Part shown: piece after piece, positions 24,501-37,899 of the stretch
Layout: each line of letters begins with the position of its first letter
Numbering within the stretch: position 1 is the first letter of the stretch
Assembly: GCA_013265495.1 (NCBI GenBank)
Contig: MU058010.1
Location: 161,145-225,144 of the forward strand
Source of the DNA: Vicugna vicugna
Taxonomy: Eukaryota
Length of the DNA stretch: 64,000 nucleotides
Direction of reading: 5' to 3'
Notes under the pieces: generated by a model
Database searches by the model: none
The model's input: the letters and a program-made list of their open reading frames with translations, nothing else
What the model was told of the DNA's origin: nothing
Made by a program: the position numbers and the translations under genes

Positions 24501-25666
24501 GTGAATAAATCTCAGCAGTGTTCTCCTAGGGCAGTCTACTCAGGCAATAGAAATAAAAGCAAAAATAAACAAATGGGACCAAGTTAAACTTACAAGCTTT
24601 TGCACAGCAAAGGAAACCATGAGCAAAACAAAGAGACAACCTACGGAATGGGAGAAAATATTTGCAAAAGATGAGATTGACAAGGGTTTAATTTCCAGAA
24701 TATATAAACAGCTCATAGAACTCAGTAAGAAAAAAATAACCCAATCCAAATATGCCCAGAACACCTGAACAAGCAATTCTCCAATGAAGACATATGAATG
24801 TCCAGTAGGCACATGAAAAAATGCTCAATATTGCTAATTATCAGAGAAATGCAAATCAAAACTACAATGAGGTATCACCTCACACCGGTTAGAATGGCCA
24901 TCATTCAAAAATCTGCAAATGATAAATGCTGGATAGGGTGTGGAGAAAAGGGAACCCTCCTACACTGTTGGTGGCAATGTAGTTTGGTGCAGCCATTATG
25001 GAAAACAGTACGGAGATTCCTCAAAAGACTAAAAATAGACTTACCATATGATCCAGCAATCCCACTCCTGGACATATATCCAGAGGGAACCTTAATTCAG
25101 AAAGACACCTGCACCCCAATGCTCATAGCAGCACTCCTTACAATAGCCAAGACATGAAAACAACCTAAATGTCCATTGACAGATGACTGGATAAAGAAGT
25201 TGTGTACTTAAACAGTGGAATACTTCTCAGACATACAAAAGAATCAAATGCCATTTGCAGCAACATGGATGGACCTGGAGACTGTCATTCTAAGTGAAGT
25301 AAGCCAGAAAGAAAGAACAATACCATATATCACTCATATGTGGAATCTTAAAAAAAAAAAGACACAAATGAATTTATTTACAAAATAAACAGACTCATGG
25401 GGTAGTTATGGGGTGAGAGAGGAAAGTGGTGGGAAAGGATAAATTGGGAGTTTGAGATTTGTGGATACTAACTACTATAAAATAAACAAGTTCTTATAGT
25501 ATAGCACAGGGAACTATATTCAATATCTTGTAATTTATGGTGCAAAAGAATCTGAAAACGAATATATGTATGTTCATGTATGACTGAAGCATTATGCTGT
25601 ACACCAGAAATTGACACAACATTGTAAATTGACTATACTTCAATAAAAAAATATATACAGAAAAAA
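24501..25666 (+). mobile_element. 5'-truncated, relatively young L1: ORF2 C-terminus, 3' UTR and A-rich tail
   Basis: ORF 24798..25157 reads [32 protein letters not shown]...[18 protein letters not shown], the L1 ORF2 CCHC zinc-knuckle region. AATAAA lies at 25642-25647. A degenerate TSD is present: agaaaattatgtaag (24486-24500) / agaatattatgtgag (25667-25681). Confidence 0.95.
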
Positions 25667-28231
25667 AGAATATTATGTGAGCTGATAATATTAAAAACAT
25701 ATTTTCACCTGTACAGTTGTGTATGTGTACATACAAATATATGCATATATATAATAGGAAATTACATGAACATGGGTTAAAATATGGAGGGGGATATATA
25801 CCAGGATTTTTAGATAGATTACCTCATGATGGGAAGTGGGGAATACAGAAGCTGTGTAAAAAATTTCACTTTCATTGGATTTATGAGAAGTTATACACAC
25901 ACACAAATGAATAAAGAAATTAAGAGTTTTAAAAGTTATGAGAACCATATCAAGAAGGCAATACAGATTTGATTATGCTCAGAAATTATATTAAAGGATT
26001 ATAGAATCATATTTTTCAAAGTTTTTAAAATTGAAATAAGTTGACATACAATATTATTTTTCAAACGTATGATATAATGACTTGATATTTGCATACATTA
26101 TGAAATGAACACCATGATAAATCTAGTAACCATCTGTCCCCATACAAAATTATTACAAATTATTTTTCATGTTCCTTATGCTGTATATTACATCCCCCTG
26201 ACTTATTTATTGTATAACTGGAGGCTTTTGCTCTTAATCCTCTTCACCTATTCCCCCCTACCCCTTGCCCCAATCCCTTCTGCAGAATGCTGTGTTTTAA
26301 ATCCCACTGCTCAAATTCAAGTAGTTGAGAAACATTGAAGACTCTGACCTTTGGGCATAAATTGAAGACAACTAATAGATTTACTGTTAAGGAAATAAAC
26401 TTGAGGGAATGACATATCTTAACCACTTTCGTGTCTTCTCATCCTAGCAAGGGGTCTGCTAACTGTAAATCTATATCTGACATTTAATAAATATTGAATA
26501 AAGAAATACATATGCCTAATTAGTATCTTTCTCACACACATCAACACATACAGACATACTAGGTGTGTGCTAGCATGCTTGCACATTTTCTCTCTATATT
26601 TATAAAAGTTTGGTGCAGCCATTATGGAAAACAGTACGGAGATTCCTCAAAAGACTAAAAATAGACTTACCATATGATCCAGCAATCCCACTCCTGGACA
26701 TATATCCAGAGGGAACCTTAATTCAGAAAGACACCTGCACCCCAATGCTCATAGCAGCACTCCTTACAATAGCCAAGACATGAAAACAACCTAAATGTCC
26801 ATTGACAGATGACTGGATAAAGAAGTTGTGTACTTAAACAGTGGAATACTTCTCAGACATACAAAAGAATCAAATGCCATTTGCAGCAACATGGATGGAC
26901 CTGGAGACTGTCATTCTAAGTGAAGTAAGCCAGAAAGAAAGAACAATACCATATATCACTCATATGTGGAATCTTAAAAAAAAAAAGACACAAATGAATT
27001 TATTTACAAAATAAACAGACTCATGGGGTAGTTATGGGGTGAGAGAGGAAAGTGGTGGGAAAGGATAAATTGGGAGTTTGAGATTTGTGGATACTAACTA
27101 CTATAAAATAAACAAGTTCTTATAGTATAGCACAGGGAACTATATTCAATATCTTGTAATTTATGGTGCAAAAGAATCTGAAAACGAATATATGTATGTT
27201 CATGTATGACTGAAGCATTATGCTGTACACCAGAAATTGACACAACATTGTAAATTGACTATACTTCAATAAAAAAATATATACAGAAAAAAAGAATATT
27301 ATGTGAGCTGATAATATTAAAAACATATTTTCACCTGTACAGTTGTGTATGTGTACATACAAATATATGCATATATATAATAGGAAATTACATGAACATG
27401 GGTTAAAATATGGAGGGGGATATATACCAGGATTTTTAGATAGATTACCTCATGATGGGAAGTGGGGAATACAGAAGCTGTGTAAAAAATTTCACTTTCA
27501 TTGGATTTATGAGAAGTTATACACACACACAAATGAATAAAGAAATTAAGAGTTTTAAAAGTTATGAGAACCATATCAAGAAGGCAATACAGATTTGATT
27601 ATGCTCAGAAATTATATTAAAGGATTATAGAATCATATTTTTCAAAGTTTTTAAAATTGAAATAAGTTGACATACAATATTATTTTTCAAACGTATGATA
27701 TAATGACTTGATATTTGCATACATTATGAAATGAACACCATGATAAATCTAGTAACCATCTGTCCCCATACAAAATTATTACAAATTATTTTTCATGTTC
27801 CTTATGCTGTATATTACATCCCCCTGACTTATTTATTGTATAACTGGAGGCTTTTGCTCTTAATCCTCTTCACCTATTCCCCCCTACCCCTTGCCCCAAT
27901 CCCTTCTGCAGAATGCTGTGTTTTAAATCCCACTGCTCAAATTCAAGTAGTTGAGAAACATTGAAGACTCTGACCTTTGGGCATAAATTGAAGACAACTA
28001 ATAGATTTACTGTTAAGGAAATAAACTTGAGGGAATGACATATCTTAACCACTTTCGTGTCTTCTCATCCTAGCAAGGGGTCTGCTAACTGTAAATCTAT
28101 ATCTGACATTTAATAAATATTGAATAAAGAAATACATATGCCTAATTAGTATCTTTCTCACACACATCAACACATACAGACATACTAGGTGTGTGCTAGC
28201 ATGCTTGCACATTTTCTCTCTATATTTATAA
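24981..28231 (+). repeat. Tandem direct duplication of a 1,625-bp unit (24981-26605 and 26607-28231)
   Basis: Five ORF-track translations recur identically at offset 1626 (e.g. 25494/27120, 26244/27870). Both copies start agtttggtgcagccattatgg and end ctctctatatttataa. The internal A11 run is identical in both. Confidence 0.97.
26020..26280 (-). mobile_element. L1 3'-end fragment, antisense (duplicate at 27646-27906)
   Basis: aaattgaaataagttgacatacaatatt...ttgatatttgcatacattatgaaatg...aaatctagtaaccatctgtccccataca is a typical reversed L1MA-type 3' terminus. Confidence 0.7.
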
Positions 28232-31059
28232 CGCTTAATAAATATTGGTTGAGTATTGGAAGATGCAGATTAAAAGAAAATCAGACTTTCAGTAAGAAAA
28301 TACTTTTTAAAAATGTAATTTAGGATACTGATTACATACATGTAATAAGCATAAAACTCATAGGAAAGATCTTTAATTCACTGTCACTTTGCCATGTTTA
28401 AGTTAACTTGTTACTTAATATTGAGATGAGTAGGAAGTGAGATGTTTGGTTGAATAATCTAAAATGAATACAAGCTATTGCCAGATGAAGATGAAAGAAA
28501 AGTCAGTTTGTTTTAGATTTTTAAGTAATTGGAAATTGACATGCTATTGTCCCATTCTGATTTTCACAAGAACTCCAGTTTCGCTGATGGCAGGGATTGT
28601 GTAATTGTTATCTTGCCTCCATCTAACCCTGAATGTGGCGTATGCACAGTCATTGATGAATAAATCGATGATTTATAACTACATATGTGCCAAACACAAA
28701 TTAGCCTAGCACAGTGAATTTTTCATTAGTGTTCTAGAGTCAGTTTCTTTGTCACATTTAGTGACATTGCATTGGTTGGTTGTAATCAGCCATCTGGGAG
28801 TATTTACATCCTGTAGATTGGTCAATACTACTGGAAGTTGTTTTTCTTTTCCTGAGAGGTTGTTGTTAAACATTTACTGCCACACCACTGTATTTAACTA
28901 TGAATTATGACCTGTGATATGGTAACTGTGAAAGTGGGAATACAAATTAGATCTTCCAGAATTTAGCTATTTTCATCAGGAATTAGTTAAGTGTAATATA
29001 TAATTTATAACATACAGCATATTTGCTTTTCTCAAACTTCAATAATTTTGTTTTATGCATTCTTATTTAAAAATTCAAGTGAGAATTATTCCTGTTACAT
29101 TTGGGTGTGGTAGTGCCTCAGTGATAACCCAATTTAGTTTTATGCTTAATAAGAGGCTTATTGCTTTTGATATATATCAGTGAATAGAAATGGTATTTAA
29201 AATTATATTCCTGTAAATTTATACTCTCTACTTGAATTTTCTTAGCCTATTTACAAAGAAATATGTTTTATTAAAATATTAACATTTTATTTTGCTACAA
29301 ATAACAATTTGTAGGGAATGTGTAAGTTTCTGCAGATCATCATGAGAGCTATTCATCATTCTGAAATATATCAATCAAAACAGAGATTATATAAAAGCCT
29401 ATTCAAGACCACTGTATTTTCTCACCGGTTTTCTGTTGACAGATTAGATGTTTAGCTGCCCTTTTCCTCTTTCCATACCTGAATTTGTACAGTTCTTCAT
29501 GGAGCATTGCTTTTTTTGCTCAAAGCTGTGATGAGTGGACTTGACCCTCCTCTTTGTTAGCAGTGATGACAGTGCTAGTTAATGACAGGGGTTGGGAAGA
29601 GAGCCTGTTTATAAACTATTCTGGCAATTTATAAAAATTGTTTTTAAAGATGAAGCCCAGAGATAAAAAGTATGTTGATGGATTGACATGGGGCCGGTCT
29701 GCAAGTCCTGATCTTTGCTTTGAGTTGTTATAATAACAGTATATCTCTTAGAATAATAGAAATGTTTCATTTCTCATTTACTCAACTGTTCATTCTTTCT
29801 TTTTTTCTTTAAAGAAATATTACTGTGTGTCCGGCACTGTTCTAGGCAGTAGGGATATTGTGAACAAAGCTGACCACATCTCTGCTCTTTTATAGCCTAT
29901 ATTTTAGTCGAAGAGACAGACAGTCAATAAATATGTAATACAAGATCAGGTCTGGGAACACAAGGAATTTGTTTTTTCCACTCATAATACTTTTGCTTAA
30001 ATTTTTCCAGAGTACCCTGGGTTGAGAATCTGACATATTCATCCTTTCTACCAGGACAGACATTCTTATTTATCCATGTGGTTCATGAGGGGGCAGTGCT
30101 TGGTAGATACATGAAAAAAAGGTGTAGGAGGTAATTGAAAGGATATACACCGAATCACTTTCTAAGTAATAATGATACTGAAACTACTCTGGAAAGGAAG
30201 GAATCGCCTACCAAATTGCTAAAAAATCCCAAGAATATATTTCTAAAACTTAGTAAGCTTTTTTGATGGTTTTGTTCATTTCACTATTTTTGACATGTAG
30301 AACATTGCTTGCATGTAAGAGATGCTCGGCAAATATTGTTGAATGAATGAATGAATGTGTTTAACTATATTATTTTAACCAACTGCCCTAACATAGTTTT
30401 GATCAAGGTAGGATTTTTAAATTTGTTAAATGGTTTGAGTTCCTATTTTCTGGGATGCATATAAAGATGAACCCAACATTTTTCTTATTCCCAAGGAGTT
30501 TATAATCTGGTAGGAGTCATTAAATGTTATACACATGTTAAGGAACCAGGTAGAATAATTAAAGGTGCAGTAGGAGAAATAAGTGAATAATAAAGTGGGA
30601 ATTTGGAGATCAGGATTGCCTCCTGCTGAGGTGGTTAGAAGAAGTTTCCATATGAAGATGGCATGAGTAGGAATGAAGGACAGATAGGATTTAAAGATTT
30701 GGGAGTGTAGGGATGTGGAGGTCTAGCAGGCTGTAGAAGTCACACCAGCAAAGATGCCTGTATGTGGGGGAAACAACAGTATGTATGCATGGATTGGGAA
30801 GTCGTTCATTTTGTAGTGAAGTTCCTAAGAAAGAAGATACGAGGTTGAAAAAGTAGATTTGGAAAAAAAAATTTTTTTTGGTAGAGCATTGATTATTTTT
30901 GAGAAGAGTGGGATGGTTAGAGAGAGGGCCTTTGTGTCTAACAGGAGAAATGATTCTTCCTGTATTTTTTCTTTTAAGTGCTTCAGAGATAGAACAAGTT
31001 AGGCTTCCTTAGTATGAGGTGAACTCTCTTTTGTGACCAACTCTAGGAACTCTTTCTAG

Positions 31060-31160
31060 ATCCTTTCTTCCCTTCTTTCTTTTCCTTTCCTTCCTTCCTT
31101 CTTCCCTCCCTCCCTCCTGCCCCCTCTCCCTCTCCCTTTCTCTGTCTCTTCCTTTCTTTT
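31060..31160. repeat. CT-rich low-complexity tract
   Basis: tcctttcttcccttctttct...ccttccttcc...ccctccctcc read directly. Confidence 0.85.
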
Positions 31161-31202
31161 TAAGGTTATAACAGAACTAAGATGAATTCTTTCTTACCGG
31201 TT

Positions 31203-31265
31203 CGTCTGAACGGCCTTGTCCGTCTGACCGGCCTTGTCCGTCTGACCGGCCTAGTCCGTCTGACC
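31203..31265. repeat. 18-bp minisatellite, 3.5 copies (cgtctgaccggccttgtc)
   Basis: Units at 31203, 31221, 31239 and a partial unit at 31257. Two full units each differ from the consensus by one base. Confidence 0.92.
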
Positions 31266-33479
31266 TTCTAAGCCCTCTTAGCGGCTCGCATTTCCGCCTT
31301 CCTCGCTGCTGCTGGAGTATCTTTCTAACAGACACCCCGTGGTACTTTGTTTCAAATTCTGCAGTGTCTCCCTTTCGTATGTAGCTTAAAGTCTACTGCC
31401 CTTGGTATGAGCTAGGTGCCTTTCCCATTCTGGTTCTTGTGTCTTTTCAGCCTCCATTCTCTCTGCTCCTTACACCACCTGAGATGTAACTATGCTGTTG
31501 CTGAAGTGCACCGGCTCTTTTACCCAGCTGTGTTGTCTGTGTTATTCTGCCTTACACTACTCATCCTTCAGGACTTGATTCTTGAATTCTCTCTCTGGGA
31601 AACCTTCCTGATTACCCAGGTGACAGTTGGGACATCCCTCCTCTGCTCACTGAGAGTGGATTCATATCCAGGCTCCCCATCTTTTAGCTGTGTATAGATA
31701 CTCACTCTCACCTGAGGATGAGCTCCTCGTAGGCAGAATTCTCTTACTTGATTTTGAATCTTGGTGTTCATCATAATGATTAATACATAAAAGATACTTA
31801 CTATGGTTTGTATTGAATCAATCCACTGGATGGATAGTTAGGTGTGATAGAACATCCTAGAAATTGTAAACTTATAAAGTTGTTACCATGCTGCTATGAA
31901 AGTTTTTAAGCTTTTGTGGATGTTCTTAGCAGGAGCATAGTAGTTGCTCAGTAAATCCAGATCCATTACCCTGATTACCCTCTCATTTATTTAAGAGGCA
32001 TTTATATAGTATGTGCTTAGAACATAATAATGCCAGGGATTCTGGGAAATACAAAGAAATATGAAACATTTTCAGCCTTTATTCTTATCTGTATACTTAG
32101 TTACCAGGAGGCTGGACATCTAACCCCTTTTTGACTTCTATTGCTTCTCTTCATTTTGGTGATTTCATTAGTTCATGTTGCTCCCTCCCTCACCCACCCT
32201 GTAGGCTATGGGTCCTTCCTTCCCTTCCTTTGCTTTGATTTATAAACTGCACGGCTTTAAAATCCAATTTAAAAGAAGGGAATATAGGCTTATTATGACA
32301 AAATCAGACAGTACAGGTGTATTTCAGTTGTATTTCAGTTTCCCAGCTTCCTCCACTCCAAACACTCTGGAACTGTTTTACCTGAGGAAACCAGAGGTCA
32401 GAGTGGGATGCGATTCTGATGCAAAGATCTTGTTTCTTCCTCTCTACTATTTCTTTTTGTCCCATATGTGGCTGTTAATATTATTTATATGAAGAATAGT
32501 CTGAGAAGTATATTAAGTTTTGTGCTGTTGTATGTTTTTGAGCTTTTCACTAACATAAACAGATTAGATTTGTAGGCTGGCATGTGAATATGAAGAGGCA
32601 GGGTGGTTTTCTTCTATAAATCAAGAAGAAAGAAGAGACAAAGGAAGATGGGCTTACACTATATAAATGTAACGGTGACACTTGAAAGTACTACTCAGAA
32701 TTGTGGAGGCAAATAATTGTGCAATTACCTGGAGAGATGGAAAAACAAATTGCCTAATTTTAAAGACTGGAACAGCTGGTGTTTTCTACACCACACCCCC
32801 AACTCCGACCCCCTGTTTTTTGGTAAATGCCCAATGAAGTTTTGTTGTCGTTTTTCTTTCTACATAAACATAATCAACACAATAAAGAAGATAATGAACC
32901 AATGACTAAGAGCATCAACACATTTTTTTTCTGTCCATTCAGATGTGCCAAATAGATCTTTATCCTTCATTGAACCATCAAATAGAGACTGGCAAATTAG
33001 AACATCCATGTTTATTTAATCAGCTCCCTCCATCCCCAACTTTGGGCTTTTTTTTTTCCCAGTTCCAAAAAAATATACTGAAGATGCTAAATAAAAACAA
33101 GTGGCCTTATTTGAGATAGTGTAACTTTTTTCATTTAATTTGATTTTTTAGCAAGGAAATATACAGTATGGGGTTTTAAATGGCATGTTTTAAAACCTTA
33201 AGAAATTCAGTTTGAATGTACCTATCTGACCTTAGAAATAATGCAAAACATAAAAATTAGTAAGTTTGAAGTTTTTTTTAGTGCTTTACATCCTAAGTCC
33301 ACATATCTTTAGTGTGGCGCTGGATAAGCTACTGTACAGTGGGCACACCTGGGTAACCAGGGCTCAGCTGGGGAAGTAGGACAGTGCCAGCAAGTTCCAA
33401 TGTCCTGGTCACTGCCCTCCCTCCTCCCCCAAATAATTCTCGTCCTGGCTTTCTAACACTACAGATTTACTTTTTTCTG

Positions 33480-34639
33480 TTTTATAAATGTTTTAAAAAT
33501 GTATTGTGGTAAATTTTATATGAAATTCATCATTTTAACCATTTTGAAGTATACAGTTCACTGGTGTTTAGTATCTTCACAATGCTGTGGAGCCATCGCC
33601 ACTGTCTAGTTCCAGAACATTGTCATCAACCTCCAAAGGAAACCTCATGCCCTTAAGCCATCACTCCCATCTGTCCCCTTCCCCATATGTTTGACCAACA
33701 GAAACCCTTTCATACTGATTCCTTTATCCTTCAGCATGTCACCGTCATTCTTTGAGCACTTCCTTGCTATCTTGCATAAAATCTTCCAGTGTCATCCTGG
33801 TCTGTTCTAGCCTCTGCTCTGGATATTCAGTCCTTTCTCCAAGGACTTTTCGTGGAGAATGCTATTTAGAAATCATTATCTGGGTGCCAGGTCTACTAAG
33901 AGGATGTCTTTATTTCTAGGCCCTTTAGACAGAGCTAGGACATAAGTATATATGTGTGTGTGTGGGTGTGTGTAGACATACGTATATGTATGTGTGTGAA
34001 TATTATACATATATACATGTGTGCATATTCATATACTGCATATATGAATACGTGAGCATATAAAATATATGTAAGACATGATATGTGTATACAGACATCC
34101 ATCTTGTATATGTTTCTTTTCTTATTTCTGTCTGTCTATCTATGTAGATACTTCTCCCCCCCCCAGAACTACATGTTTATACTGATACTTTCAAATTTCA
34201 TTTTCTAGCTTGTTTCTCTGACATTATTATCCATTTGAAATACAGTTAGGCTCATTTGATTTGAATTCATTTCATTTTAGGATTTTCCTCCCATTCTTGA
34301 TTTTTTTCTTTTTGAGTCTATGAAATATCAACATAGTTGCAAAAACCTGAACTTTACCAAAAAGTATATTCAGAGGATTGTCACTTACTGTCCTTTCTGT
34401 TAGGTGTCCTACTTCCTTGCTTTTCCTCCGCCTTTCTATACCAGTAAACACTCATATATATATTTCTTCTCCCTCCTCCCTCCTCCCACTCTCCCTTCTT
34501 CTTCTTCCCCCTCTTCCTCCCCCTTTTCCTCCTTCCCCTCCTCCTCCAGTTTTTTTTAGTGGAGGCAGTGGAGATTGAACCCGAGATCTCTCACATGCTA
34601 AGTCCGTGCTTTACCACTGAGCTATACCCGACCCCTGCC

Positions 34640-34670
<31 letters not shown>

Positions 34671-35030
34671 GCTTGGAGCCTAGGTGGGCAGCAGCTGGAA
34701 CTACACCTCCTGCCTGGCCCTGAGGCGCCAAGCCTCACCCTGTGGATAGACCACCGGGCACAGTTGCAGCGCAGTGGGGCTGAGGGGCACCTGGGCAGCC
34801 CCAAGTTTCTTCCTAGTTTTGGCCTGCTGGAAATTACTCTTTCTTTTATAAAACACAAAGCAGTATACTATAGATATTCTTCTATAATTTTTCCACTTCA
34901 AAATTTGTCCTAAAAATCATGCTATGTCAGTTCATAGTGATGTCTTCCGTTTTTATAACTGCATGCTATAGTTCATGCAGTGTGTCCATGGTGTATGGCT
35001 CACAACGCTTTATTCAGTAACTGTTCTCTG
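33480..35030 (-). mobile_element. Composite of old antisense L1M-type fragments with simple repeats and later insertions
   Basis: ttgtggtaaa...cattttaaccattttgaagtatacagttca...tcacaatgctgtg...gttccagaacatt is an L1MB-like 3' end. (TA/TG)n lies at about 33945-34095 and a CT-rich tract at 34462-34548. Confidence 0.65.
34549..34635 (-). mobile_element. Vic-1-type SINE (short form)
   Basis: tttttttagtggaggcagtggagattgaacccgagatctctcacatgctaag...taccactgagctatacccgacccc. Confidence 0.85.
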
Positions 35031-37899
35031 CCTGTGGGTAGAAGCAGCTGACTGTTAATTGTTACTGTATATCCTTTTTGAGGTTTCAAAGCTAAAAGAA
35101 CACCTCAATTCTGCTGATGGTTAAGCAGGTGGAAATGTTATAATGCATTCAGCAGTTGGAGCAACACTAATTAAATTCATAAAATAGTCTAAATATTCAG
35201 GTGTCTATTGAAGGCAATGGGCCAGCACAGGAAAGCGTTCCTGTGAATGGAAGGGAAATCAATACTAGTTAGGTATTGATGAATAATAAGAGAAATGTTA
35301 TGTGCTAAATTTCTTTTATTATTTATTCAAGTTAATTTCTCAGTGGCTAAAATTAGTATTAGATCAATCTGGGTTTTTTTTTTCCTTTCTTTCCTGTAAA
35401 GATATTTTAGAAACTGAAAGGGGGAAGAGCAGCACATTTTCTGTATTTTATCATGTTTCTTTGTAAAATATACTTGGTAATTGTAAACTTTTAACACATG
35501 CTATTTTTACTGTACGCTAAAAGCAGCTTCCAAAATGGCAGGCAGAGTTCTTGGTACATAATGGTGCTCATTAAATGTTTATGGAAAAAAATAATTAACT
35601 CTTTAAGGAGACTCTTTGTTAAACTTAATTTGTTGGTGAATGCTCCTTTCTATGGTACTTTTCATCGCTCATAGCTTCTGTAGTGAGTTTGCATAATATC
35701 ATCTCTGAATAACAGATTTTATTGGCAATGAAGATATATTGAGGTTGTAAATGTTCTGAAAACAAGTAATTCATACTGCAATGACAGCTTAGTGTTTCTT
35801 TTGATCAGTAACATTAGAGATGCTAGAAATCATTTGAAAAATGCAAGGAAATTGTCGCAATGCATTTTAATAGCAATATACATGATAGTAATTTAGATTA
35901 TAATTACCCCCTTGGCAGAAACTGTGCTCACCCCTTTTTGTACAGTGCTGACTCTGTTGTTTTCTTAAAATGTTGTCATTGTCAATGCAAACTATTTCTT
36001 TAAATAGTCTCCCCATTTTGTTTCATCTTATTTATCTTTGCAAGTCTCATCCCCTGAATAGGTGCTAAGAATTCAGGAATTACAATGCTAAAGAGAAACT
36101 AAGGCAGTTAATTTATAGTTACCATGCAAGAGTACACATACTCTGTTTACTGCGAGAACTTACGTTTTTACATTATTTTGGCTTTAAGTTGATGGAATTT
36201 TTCTCTTTCTGCAGCTAACCTAAAAATTACAAAGTGAATGTCACAGAGAAGGGTCTTGAGTCTACTGACACATCATACAAAAAACACTTAAGATTTCAAT
36301 CTATTCTTACAGTCCCCCAGTATTCTCAATTTCTGATATCTAGAGGCTATTTTGGATTTTCATGTTTAAAAATGCTGATTTTTCTTTATGGGTTTAGGTG
36401 TGATTAAAAAAACTATAAACAATTCCCCATAGTTGTGGATGCTGAAAGGTGAATTTTGGAATAGGCCGTCTACTTTCCGAGAGGATTAGGGTGTGATTAA
36501 ATGAGCTGAGTGATAGTTTCCAGTGATTGCAGTAGAGTTTTAAGAATATAGTTTCTGACTTGTGTGATATCTCAAGTGATGTAGGTAAAGTTTTGCTTAA
36601 AGCAACTACCATGTGTTCGACACTCTACCAGGAACTAAAAGACCATTGTCCTCACACATGGGAATTATGCTGTGTCATTTTCCTGCAGAGCATGCAGACT
36701 TTCTAGATTTAAGTTTTTACCTCTATTATTTTAAAAAGCAGATCATCATCATTAAGTGGTGGTTTCTCCATGGTTATATAGAAATAATTCAGTTATTTGA
36801 AAACATAAAGAAAGTCATTTCTTCAGTACTTCTCACTAGTAACTTGGAAAGACAGCGTATCTTTAATTTGTCATGGAAATAGTATTCCAAATTATTCTGC
36901 AAACAAATGTGTGAGGTGAAATAATGAAGAAACATGCTGAATAAGTCTTACACCTGAACTGAGATGAAATGCAGGCATTGAGGCTAAATGAGTCTGTTCT
37001 AAGACAGGTCAAGGGAAATGGTCACTACTACCTTTAGTAGCTACATAGCAAAGGAACGAATGTTTGGTTTTAGAGAAATAGAAATAGTAAGGGAAATAAG
37101 TAGTGAAAGGGTGTATTACTTTTTGTACCTTTGAATACTTTTAATACAAAAAATGACAAGAGTAATGTATGTACTTTTCTTCTTATCCTACTTATGGTAT
37201 TTTAGAATAAAATTTACTAAGGGATTAAAAGAGATTTGAAAACTATGTTGGATAAATATCCTTCTAATTTTTGTGATGTCAGGCAGATATCCTTATCTCA
37301 CTAATGTGCTTTGATACCACAGGAGATAAAGCTTTCTAAGTAGTTTCATCTTCATGGCTAATGGACTTAGAGATATGCAGACCAAATATCTTCCTCCTCT
37401 CCCTGGCTAACTTGCTTTGAAGTTATGTGAAATGAAAGACACACAAGAAGGACTGTGTTTAAAAGGAATATTCCTGATTATTCATGTAACGTAATATTTT
37501 CTCCCCTCAATTTCCTTTCTTTTCTACCTGTATTTTGATAGTAATATAGTAAAAGGGGGGAAATTATGCTGAAAGCTCATTTCCCAATTATCTGGTCTAT
37601 TTCTTCTGTCTTTAAATTGAAATCCTCCTTTCTAGTTAAGCATTCATTCTTCAGAATTTTTTTGTGTGGGGCTCATCTGCCTCTCCTTTCTGGTTGTGAT
37701 CCTTAGTACATGCATACCTCCCATTTTGTAACCTCATTCCTTCATTGGATGCTGGACACAGTGGTGAATCAGGCAGAAGCAGATGCTGCCCTGCTAGATG
37801 TGTTCTAGTGGAGAGGATGGTACCACACAGAGGTCCTGACATGTGCTGACAGAATCCTCATTCCCAGGAGATTTGGCTGCCAGCTCATTGCTTTTCTTT

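Noticed and set aside
24798..25157. 119-aa zinc-knuckle ORF as a functional or domesticated gene
   Set aside because: It is a C-terminal fragment of L1 ORF2 in a 5'-truncated copy, ending at a premature stop (TGA at the usual W codon).
26607..28231. Second copy as an independent L1 insertion with 3' transduction
   Set aside because: It has no terminal poly(A) and no TSD, and it lies directly head-to-tail with its source. A DNA-level duplication or assembly artefact fits better.
31203..31265. Short direct repeats as a CRISPR-like array
   Set aside because: The units are contiguous with no spacers, and the context is a mammalian intron.
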